The translations under genes were made by a program, and so were the position numbers. This document shows, piece by piece, positions 57,901-64,000 of a stretch of DNA of 64,000 bases. This DNA comes from Candidatus Cloacimonadales bacterium. Its GTDB lineage: Bacteria > Cloacimonadota > Cloacimonadia > Cloacimonadales > JAFGVF01. The notes below the pieces were generated by a model. It made no database searches. It was given only the letters and a program-made list of their open reading frames with translations, and had not been told where the DNA came from. The stretch covers positions 1-64,000 of the forward strand of contig CAXXOU010000003.1 in assembly GCA_963677495.2 (NCBI GenBank), written 5' to 3'. Position 1 is the first letter of the stretch. Each line of letters begins with the position of its first letter.

Positions 57901-58146
57901 AGTGTCAAAAGATGAACCACTAAGGTCAATATCTACATTGGTTAAGTCCATGCTTGGAGCAATTGAATAAAAGACATCTTTTGCTGTATTTCCAACAGTG
58001 TTAGTTACTGAAAAATGGTTTGTGTTACCAGTATCATAAAATGGTAAACTCTCAATCTCAACTGCTGTGCTATAGGTGTTCCCCCCTGTAGCAAAAACTA
58101 ATTGTGTTATTAAAAATAGGATAAAAACTATTCCCAATCTCTTCAT
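51958..58146 (-). CDS. Large secreted multidomain surface protein (PPC-like, FN3-like repeats, adhesin-like and cadherin/Ig-like domains)
   Basis: 2062 aa, very acidic, with a signal peptide; DTYLRVYD...ADDDGG; repeated YDLYFDTVNPP...YYW units; duplicated LPI..YY.Y.Y.Q.IY.QSELD domain; GLTPGTQYFFTVRAVD. Confidence 0.85.
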   Translation of the reverse strand: MKRLGIVFILFLITQLVFATGGNTYSTAVEIESLPFYDTGNTNHFSVTNTVGNTAKDVFYSIAPSMDLTNVDIDLSGSSFDTYLRVYDSTMTQLWADDDGGTGNDSRIYNIPLNQGSIYYICVEGYSSNNGVYVINVSADQSGSISGPGNVTNMLPTDGAVDVELSPTITWDFAPDTVTYDLLFGTDNPPTVEHVVGGSVSGQGSFTPGTLMDGTTYFLQIFSYDAGGGDSEDNYSFTTIDYTPESLVSYTPIDASSNLPLDTTLNFDFGINTENYDLYFDTVNPPVSMVTDNAVAGVSATYDPGILTDNTTYYWKVVLRNSNTSTETTNEFSFTTIDMTPGVISNESPLNTGNDIDCEVDLSWDFGINTETYDLYFDTVNPPTTLVVSDAVAGVSGSYDPGDLTIYTDYYWTVVSKNSNAQVETQSTYSFTTSGMLPSAISNVSPEYQAIYVDLNPTISWDFGVNTDTYDFYFDTVFPPVNQVLFNEPAGVSGQWSPPTLTEETYYYWRVVCKNRFTTGYSTSDFSFQSNLGDDWIGIGTGNSVNRNLPIEPYYAYSYSQTIYNQSELDVNDKIIDKIYYQHNGNGTLSNNHAWVVYIGHTQQTEYASSSDWIDVSSLIQVFSGDPVIGSDNWVEITLTTPFLYNNVDNLVVAVEENSGGYSSSSEDFYCSSVGSNRSIHYYSDTLNPSPASPPSGNRVSYIPNTRFHLQDLPLVPTTLVAPLDGETMRSLTQLLEWSSTNNANGYRLSLGTDNPPTNIYQDLDLGNVLEYSYNGYQGGVTYYWSVTPYYNTGDGQNIPVWSFSTSDLPPEAATYIAPDNQEGHVIRNPNLQWSYNGLFPTGSKLYVGTDNPPTNHINGLALGYVESYTISQELDYDTTYYWQVVPYNSFGDATSCPIWEFDTRDAGFVNIGEDDNIGTYLPINCYYGYNYTQSIYLQSELDKENFQIDKIYYYYNGGSSLSNSMNWTIYMGHTSLTEFSSNNDWIPLSQLTQVDISPYSTTPANPGWIEFELDSPFNYNNVDNLVIAIDENGGGYNSSSDRFLASATAGYRSIFYYSDSSNPSPSNPPNGNRTSFVPNIRIQMEPAVQFNEDTTLTVVNSFKEQAVASWTGNTEVSVLLANEDITFSATENWYGTEVLDIYDADGTWISELTVRVLSVNDVPTVVNPIASEVITSDESINLIDLDTVFTDVEDTSLSLSFGTTPNFNITLNPDNTAQITPVVDFDGGEMLYFYGQDSGNAVGVDSFYVEVLDDYLISEDFDQSGALPTGWTTEHLGTTTNPWTATLVAETNYTVNVSNSLFASCNERLLTPLYDLSSVRDIEIGFEHDFLTTSGTTTANFQYSIDGGTWTDVSSYLVTATGFESFALDALNYQGNVQFRFLYSASELSDNHWIIDNFSINGIVDDITLPSLQNLTVAPASTNSVLLGWDEYASEQFSTFEVEMADNEYFTNAVSLTSADYADLGVQTTTSVEVNVPASNAMWYFRARIVFESYQGEFTDYVTQYLSTGPVFTNNTTTDPVVNDNHQATISVTMDDLEDIDMNSIQYRVDYNLNDVYDESWEDYTLPIRSALDSRDTQSIDVALTLPSSGIFKFEFRAMDSYGHGYSYSGTNGDEGIIDDWAIEHIFMPAVAGITSELISPTELILSWDEFTGDRFDQFVLEYADNDQYTGSIIIDGTTESSFLNDTTTQINITALYPETTWYFRMHVDYDVYATPVADYFVFIPPTPEITNLTPAEIQYNNLQEAVVTCKITDEEAINLNSVQIRVDYDRNGSYNEPWVNYIEPELSLARSNVRTTRSDSVEISIPVYPTDSGTYQYEIRVMNSMGYGYSGTMDEIGISDDWSFDFIYDTTPPTDITVFAVVGVPADTEITLGWLITADDYFSHYELYYSTSTGVSENDALWSVDDDPNMGQIGVTFQQTILTGLTPGTQYFFTVRAVDLAGNTTALYPEISALMAGGAAPVAPVITSVTESNGDILLDWDDVVLDVNGNPITVTSYKVYADNNPYFTVSVSTLIGTTPTSDFTHAGGGSVAHKFYRVVAVVGGRAVQSSGSTLFMKSTR

Positions 58147-58301
58147 ATAAACCTCCTCTCTAACATGTTAAGTTATCAAAAATTAACATTTTGCAAATAT
58201 TTGATTTCGAAAATTGGGTGTCAAGATTTAATAAGAAAGTAATGAGATAAACTCTGTTTTAGAAGAACTTATGCTTATTTTGAAGAAATGCTACTTAATG
58301 A

Positions 58302-58330
58302 TTGACAATTAACTTCTTAATGCACAAAAT
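58302..58330 (+). promoter_or_regulatory. Sigma70-like promoter
   Basis: TTGACA-N17-CAAAAT upstream of the kinase gene. Confidence 0.45.
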
Positions 58331-58391
58331 GAAATCATAAACAAGGAAAGTATAAGCAAACGATTAACCTCACATGCAATCAGCGGGAAAC

Positions 58392-60608
58392 ATGAAAAAA
58401 CTGAACTTAACATTTTTCTACCTATCATTATTGGTTGGTTTATTCCTTTGGTTACTAGATGCAATCTTAGATTGTTTTTTCTACGAAGGGAATTTCATTC
58501 AAACACTTATTTTGGGTATACCGAGACAAGAACTCTTTATTCGTATATCTGTTCTATTTGTGCTAGGTGTGTTTGGCTTAATAGTCTCACATTATTATAC
58601 CAAATCAAAGCTGTTGAGCCAAATGAATAAACGGAATCAAGAAAGGCTTTCTCGAATGCTAAACCTTTCTCCTATGGGAGTGATCACACTAAACTTTAAT
58701 GGTAATTTTGAGTTCTTTAATAAAGCATTTATTAATACAACCGGTTATCAATTAAGTGATTTAGAAACAATAAATGACTGGTTTGAATTATTATATCCCG
58801 ACACTCAAAGGAGAAAAGCTGTAAGAAAACTTTGGGAAAATGATATTAATCAGGTGAGGTTAGGAAAGAAAGAGATAATAACCTCTGTACAACCGATTAA
58901 CTGTAAAGATGGTTCAGTTGTTTATGCTTCAATATCAGCGTCAATAGTTGAAGAGCAGATAGTATTGTCTTTTCTTGATATAACTGAGATTAAGGAAGCA
59001 GCTCTGAAAGTTGAGCAGCAACAGAAACAATTAAGACAGATAATTAACTTAGTCCCACATTTCATATATGTTGTGGATGCGGATGGGATATATAAACTAG
59101 TTAATAAGGCTGTAGCTGACTTTGTTGGGCTTACTGTTGAAGAACTTGAAGGCAGTAAGAGCTGCGAAGAGCCTGTATCAGATGAAGATGTAAAAAGGTT
59201 TAGAAGTACGAATGAGGAAATATTGTCAGGAAATTGTAGCAAGCTAGAATACTTTGAGACTCTGACTCATAAGGATAACAAATTATTCAATTTCAAAACA
59301 TTGAAGGTACCATTCGACGTAGAAGATGAATCCAAGAAATATGTGCTTGGAGTATCAGTAAACATTACAGATTTGAAAGAAGCCAAGAAAAGTGAAAAGG
59401 ATTTACATAATGTTCTAGAAAACATAGTCCACAATAGCTCAAATATGTTCTACCAGCATGATACAAACTTCAATCTAACTTATGTTAGTCCACAGATTAA
59501 AAATCTTTTGGGCTATGAAGTAGAATATGCGTTAAATAATGGAACGAAGTGTACAACAGATAATCCCATAAATGAAGAGGCGATTATCCATACAAAGAAA
59601 GCAATTGAAACAGGTATAGCACAACCATACTTTGAAATGGAGCTGATACATAAAGATGGTAATATTGTTTGGGTAGAAGTCAGAGAGACACCCTTAATAA
59701 AAGATGGGAAAGTTATTGCTATTGTAGGAGCATTAATTGACATCACTGCTAAAAAAAGACATGAGCTTCAACAGAAGACTTACCAAGAAGACTTGCAAAA
59801 ACAGATTATTGAACGAACAAAAACTCTTGAGGAAAAAACAAACTCCCTAAAAGAATCACAGGTCGCATTAACTTATCTCCTTGAAGATGTCAATGAAGCT
59901 CAGTCCGAGTTAGTAAAGGCTAATGAGGAATTAGTTGCAATGAATGAAGAATTAGAATCTTTCTCATACACTATTTCACACGATTTAAGATCACCCTTAA
60001 GAGCTATAAACGGATTCACAAAGATTCTTAGTGAAGAATATTGCAATAGCTTTGATGAAGAGGGAAAACGCTTGATGAGTATAGTTTGCAATAATGTTAC
60101 AATGATGAGTGATTTAATAAACGACCTTCTCAACTATTCTAAACTAGGTAGAAAGATGATACAGAATAGGGTTATAGATATGAATCAAGTAGTAGAAGTA
60201 GAGCTCGATTTAGCTACAAAGATTAGTGAGAATGATAAACTAAAACTTATCAAGCATAAGCTTCCTCAAGCCAAGGGGGATATTGTCTTAATTAAACAAG
60301 TATGGCAAAACCTTATATCTAATGCAATAAAGTACAGTAGTAAGGTTGAGTTCCCAATAATAGAAATAGGTTCTTTTATAAAAGATGAGCATGTGGTATA
60401 TTTTATTAAAGATAATGGTGTTGGTTTCGATATGAAGTATCATCACAAAATCTTTGGTGTTTTCGAACGTTTGCATTCTCTTCTAGAGTTTGAAGGTACA
60501 GGAGTTGGATTAGCAATTGCATATAGGATTATTCAAAAACATAATGGTAAAATCTGGGCAGAATCAGAACTAAACAAAGCAACTACATTCTATTTTTATA
60601 TAAATTAA
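58392..60608 (+). CDS. PAS-domain sensor histidine kinase
   Basis: 2 TM, 3 PAS, H-box FSYTISHDLRSPLR, N-box QNLISNAIKY, DNGVGF, GTGVGLAI. Confidence 0.94.
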   Translation: MKKLNLTFFYLSLLVGLFLWLLDAILDCFFYEGNFIQTLILGIPRQELFIRISVLFVLGVFGLIVSHYYTKSKLLSQMNKRNQERLSRMLNLSPMGVITLNFNGNFEFFNKAFINTTGYQLSDLETINDWFELLYPDTQRRKAVRKLWENDINQVRLGKKEIITSVQPINCKDGSVVYASISASIVEEQIVLSFLDITEIKEAALKVEQQQKQLRQIINLVPHFIYVVDADGIYKLVNKAVADFVGLTVEELEGSKSCEEPVSDEDVKRFRSTNEEILSGNCSKLEYFETLTHKDNKLFNFKTLKVPFDVEDESKKYVLGVSVNITDLKEAKKSEKDLHNVLENIVHNSSNMFYQHDTNFNLTYVSPQIKNLLGYEVEYALNNGTKCTTDNPINEEAIIHTKKAIETGIAQPYFEMELIHKDGNIVWVEVRETPLIKDGKVIAIVGALIDITAKKRHELQQKTYQEDLQKQIIERTKTLEEKTNSLKESQVALTYLLEDVNEAQSELVKANEELVAMNEELESFSYTISHDLRSPLRAINGFTKILSEEYCNSFDEEGKRLMSIVCNNVTMMSDLINDLLNYSKLGRKMIQNRVIDMNQVVEVELDLATKISENDKLKLIKHKLPQAKGDIVLIKQVWQNLISNAIKYSSKVEFPIIEIGSFIKDEHVVYFIKDNGVGFDMKYHHKIFGVFERLHSLLEFEGTGVGLAIAYRIIQKHNGKIWAESELNKATTFYFYIN

Positions 60609-60609
60609 T

Positions 60610-62157
60610 ATGAGGTACAGTATGATTGATAACTATCAAACCAAATATGATGCTCTATTCAATCAAAACTTGGTTGGTATGATATACACTAATATACAAG
60701 GGGACTTTAAAGAAGTTAATGATAAATTTGCTCACATGTTAGGTTACACTAAAGATGAGCTAATCAATAGGAACTTTAAAGAAATCACTCACCCGGAAGA
60801 TTTAAATCTAAGTGATGAGAGTATTATGCAACTTGAGAAAGGACTTATTGATACTTTTACAATCGATAAACGCTATTTACACAAAAATGGCTCTCCAATT
60901 TGGGTAAGACTTCATGTTAAAGAAATAAAATCTAAGGATAAAGATGATAGAACTATTTTAGCTATAGTTTTAGATATATCTGAACAGGTTAAATGTAAGA
61001 ATAGATTGGAGAAGAATATCCAAGCATTAACAACTCCCTTGGAAAATCTCGAGAGCATAGAGTTTCAGACCCTATTCGATGTTAATGATATACAGCAGAT
61101 TCAAGATATTTTTTCTGATTCTACAGGGGTTGCTTCTATTATAACATATCCTTGTGGACAACCCATAACTAAGCCAAGTAATTTTAGAAGAGTTTGTTCT
61201 GATATCATAAGATCAACTGAAGAGGGGTTTAAAAGATGCAAGCATTCTGATTCATATATTGGTAAAATGAACCAGGATAAAGCGAACGTAATTGAATGCT
61301 TATCATGCGGATTATGGGATGCCGGTGTGAATATTTCTGTAGGTGGAAAACACTTAGCTAATTGGCTCATCGGCCAAGTTAGAGATAAAGATGTTGATAA
61401 AGAAAGACTTATTGAATATAGTAAGGTTATTGGAGTTAATGAAGATGAGCTTATAAAAGCTTATTTAGAAGTGCCAATAATGGAACTACAGCAGTTTGAA
61501 AAAATAGCAAAAGCCCTATTTATAGTTTCTCAACAACTTTCCAAGATAGCGTATCAAAACCTACAACAAGCTCGTCTTATTGCCAAACTTCAGCGTATAG
61601 AAGAAGATCTCAAGAAAAATGAGGATAATCTCTCTAAAGTACAAGAAATTAGCAGATTAGGAGTTTGGGAGATTGACACTGAAACAAATGTCATTACTTG
61701 GTCGGAGCAAAACTATAAAAACTTTGGTGTCAAATATGGGGAGCCAGTTGACTATGATAGATTTCTTAGTACAATACATCCGGAAGATGTTGAATATGTT
61801 AGTAACAAATGGAATAAGGCTCTTCAAGGTGAAGATTATGACATAGAACATAGAATTATTATTGATAATCATGTGGAATGGGTCAGAGAGAAGGCTGAAG
61901 TTTTCTTTGATGAGATAGGAAAACCATTAAAGGCAATTGGCTTCACACAAAACATAAGTGAGAGAAAATTAATAGAGTTAGAATTAAAGAAATATAAAGA
62001 CTCCTTAGAAGAGATTGTTCATGCCAGAACTCATGAATTAGAGGAAAAGAACAAGGAGTTAGAGCGTTACAACAACCTGTTTGTTGGTAGAGAGTTTAGG
62101 ATAAAAGAGTTGAAAGATAAACTCAAAGAGCTTGAATCTAAATTAAACAAGAACTAG
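60610..62157 (+). CDS. Cytoplasmic PAS-PocR-PAS sensor with no output domain
   Basis: PAS (ITHPEDL), PocR (GVASII...C..SD...CLSCGLWDAGV.I..GG.HLANWLIGQV), PAS_3; ends YNNLFVGREFRIKEL. Confidence 0.87.
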   Translation: MRYSMIDNYQTKYDALFNQNLVGMIYTNIQGDFKEVNDKFAHMLGYTKDELINRNFKEITHPEDLNLSDESIMQLEKGLIDTFTIDKRYLHKNGSPIWVRLHVKEIKSKDKDDRTILAIVLDISEQVKCKNRLEKNIQALTTPLENLESIEFQTLFDVNDIQQIQDIFSDSTGVASIITYPCGQPITKPSNFRRVCSDIIRSTEEGFKRCKHSDSYIGKMNQDKANVIECLSCGLWDAGVNISVGGKHLANWLIGQVRDKDVDKERLIEYSKVIGVNEDELIKAYLEVPIMELQQFEKIAKALFIVSQQLSKIAYQNLQQARLIAKLQRIEEDLKKNEDNLSKVQEISRLGVWEIDTETNVITWSEQNYKNFGVKYGEPVDYDRFLSTIHPEDVEYVSNKWNKALQGEDYDIEHRIIIDNHVEWVREKAEVFFDEIGKPLKAIGFTQNISERKLIELELKKYKDSLEEIVHARTHELEEKNKELERYNNLFVGREFRIKELKDKLKELESKLNKN

Positions 62158-62246
62158 TTTCAGAAGTCTCGAATAGAGAAAACTGAAAAAGTAATTGACT
62201 ATAAACCAAGTTTAACTGAAAAGTCAGTTACAATGAATAAATATTT

Positions 62247-62406
62247 GCAGGGAGAACATCAGATGTTCAAACGTTATTATTGAAAATGACAAATTAAGCT
62301 ACAGCCAGTTTGGTTGTATTCAAAACAATTAACAGCATAACCCTGCGTTAGTTAGTCATTTCTTATGATGTTTCGCAGGTGTGCGAAATATAAGAGAGGT
62401 GACTAA
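62247..62406 (+). promoter_or_regulatory. Structured 5' leader (riboswitch-like) with an RBS-sequestering hairpin
   Basis: P1 GCAGGG/CCCTGC closes three hairpins. TTAGTCATTTCTTAT pairs with ATAAGAGAGGTGACTAA, covering the RBS and reaching the start codon. Confidence 0.55.
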
Positions 62407-63674
62407 TGTCTTCTAATTATTATCCCCTATGGTCTAAACTGGGTTTAGATCTTGAAACACATGATGCTTTACTCGCAGCCTTAGGTAGTGGGTATGAGAG
62501 TGTATTCCTTAATCAAAAGAACCGTCCTGCAGGGATGGAGTACTTTGATTTTGTTATGTCTGAAGTTCATGGACTAAGGATTAAAGAGATTGATGATGCT
62601 AGAGAACAAGGTAAGCTTGTTGTTGGATCATTCTGTGTATTTGTTCCTGAAGAACTAATACTAGCTGTAGATGGCGTGTCTGTAGGTCTATGCGCAGGTG
62701 CAGAGTTTGGCTTTGATTTAGCTGAACAACATATTCCACGTAACACATGTGCTTTAATCAAATCTGCATTTGGTTTCAAACTTACTAAAGTTTGTCCCTA
62801 CATGGAAACCTCTGACATCATTGTTGGAGAAAACACATGTGATGGTAAGAAGAAAGCTTATGAAGAATTTGCAAAACTTGAGCCTAAACTATATGTTATG
62901 GATTTACCACAAACAAAGTCTGATTCCGGTAAAGCTCTTCTCAAAGCTGAGTATATCAAGTTTATCCAGCTATTAGAAGAGAAATCAGGTAAAAAAATAA
63001 CTCTTGAATCTCTTACAAAAGCTATTGAGACTGTAAATAATAAACGTAAAGCTTTAGCTAGACTAAACAACTTAAGAAAGCTGTCCCCATCTCCTATCTC
63101 AGGACTTGATGCACTGCTAATCAATCAGGTCTTTTTCTATGATGATCCTCTAAGATTTACAGATTCAGTAAACAAGATCTGCGATACTCTAGAAGAGAAA
63201 GTAACAGATTCCCAATCAGATAAGCCTAGACTTATTGTTTCCGGGTGCCCAATGGCTGTACCAAACTGGAAACTTCCATCTATCATTGAAACTAGTGGTG
63301 CTGTAATTGTAGGAGAAGAATCGTGTGTCGGAGAGCGTGGGGCAAGAAACATTACAGAATCAAAAGCAGATACTCTTGAGCAGCTGGTTGATAATATTGT
63401 TGATAGATATTTCAAGAACGATTGTGCCATCTTTACTCCAAACGTTGAAAGAACAGAGCATATAAAAGAGATGGTTAAAAAATATAATGCTGATGGTGTT
63501 GTACATTACTCATTACAGTTCTGCCAGCCTTATGATATAGAGAGCAGAAGTGTTGAAGAGGAACTTGAAAAGAATGATATCCCAACTCTCAATATTGTAA
63601 CTGACTATAGCCAGGAAGATGTTGGCCAGTTGAAAACACGTATTGAAGCATTTATTGAAAGAATTAAGGATTGA
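62406..63674 (+). CDS. Double-cubane-cluster protein (DCCP-type anaerobic reductase, 2-hydroxyacyl-CoA dehydratase D family)
   Basis: LGLDLETHD...NRP..M.YFD.V..EVHG.RI N-terminus; eight Cys in FCV, GLC, NTC, VCP, TCDGKKK, ESC, DCA and FCQ; C-terminal GQLKTRIEAF. Confidence 0.88.
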   Translation: MSSNYYPLWSKLGLDLETHDALLAALGSGYESVFLNQKNRPAGMEYFDFVMSEVHGLRIKEIDDAREQGKLVVGSFCVFVPEELILAVDGVSVGLCAGAEFGFDLAEQHIPRNTCALIKSAFGFKLTKVCPYMETSDIIVGENTCDGKKKAYEEFAKLEPKLYVMDLPQTKSDSGKALLKAEYIKFIQLLEEKSGKKITLESLTKAIETVNNKRKALARLNNLRKLSPSPISGLDALLINQVFFYDDPLRFTDSVNKICDTLEEKVTDSQSDKPRLIVSGCPMAVPNWKLPSIIETSGAVIVGEESCVGERGARNITESKADTLEQLVDNIVDRYFKNDCAIFTPNVERTEHIKEMVKKYNADGVVHYSLQFCQPYDIESRSVEEELEKNDIPTLNIVTDYSQEDVGQLKTRIEAFIERIKD

Positions 63675-63685
63675 TAGGCTAATTG

Positions 63686-63712
63686 GTCTGTCGACTATAT
63701 GTCGGCAGACCT
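63686..63712 (+). other. Intercistronic hairpin
   Basis: GGTCTGTCGAC-TATAT-GTCGGCAGACC. Confidence 0.55.
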
Positions 63713-63729
63713 AACTTTTAGGAGTAAAT

Positions 63730-64000
63730 ATGTTATTTGGTGGTTTGGATATAGGATCAAGAACAATCAAACTTGTGCTAGTAGAGAATAACGAAATTGT
63801 TTCTCAAGAAGTAATGAAAAACACATTCGATAAGAAGTTCATTAAAGAGGGACTGGTCGGTTCATATGATATTGACCACTTGACCATAACCGGTTATGGT
63901 CGCCATCTTTTTGATAATGAAGAGAACTGTAGTATTATCACAGAGATAAAAGCATTTTCACTTGGTATTCATCATCTCTTTCCTGAATGTAGAACAATAC
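63730..64000 (+). CDS. ASKHA-type 4Fe-4S ATPase activator (HgdC/BadF / DCCP-reductase-like), runs off the window end
   Basis: RBS GGAG; MLFGGLDIGSRTIKLVL...TGYGR...TEIKAF..G..HLFPECRTI (translated by hand). Confidence 0.88.
   Translation, partial: MLFGGLDIGSRTIKLVLVENNEIVSQEVMKNTFDKKFIKEGLVGSYDIDHLTITGYGRHLFDNEENCSIITEIKAFSLGIHHLFPECRTI

Noticed and set aside
1..64000. tRNA, rRNA, IS transposase or prophage
   Set aside because: None recognisable by eye; tRNAscan and Rfam were not run.

Overview
This is a 64-kb low-GC bacterial chromosomal window. The gene content and protein style suggest an anaerobic FCB-group organism, probably Candidatus Cloacimonadota; this is inference, not a database result. 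From left to right it holds: an AT-rich island (frameshifted PEGA/beta-barrel gene, membrane protein, class III adenylate cyclase with PEGA domains); yraN; an 8-gene operon resembling the Agl-Glt core (OM barrel, two large TPR proteins, a GltF-like small protein, MotA/TolQ/ExbB, two ExbD/TolR, a GltG/AgmX-like TonB-C protein); priA-glpK-esterase-pepA; a PpiD/SurA PPIase, ackA and a vWA protein; a DUF134/NifB-NifX/4Fe-4S ATPase/MFS metal-cofactor operon with a tandem palindromic operator; GH31, prepilin peptidase, threonine aldolase, OmpA and MltC; two kinase-less PAS sensors with a shared C-terminal motif plus one histidine kinase; tldE/tldD; a 2062-aa surface protein; and a double-cubane-cluster protein with its ATP-dependent activator, behind a structured leader that hides the RBS. 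The intergenic regions carry several REP-like palindrome families. They also carry a dispersed element, present twice, made of an inverted DnaA-box pair followed in exact register by an 11-bp-phased array. I saw no rRNA, tRNA, CRISPR array or transposase.
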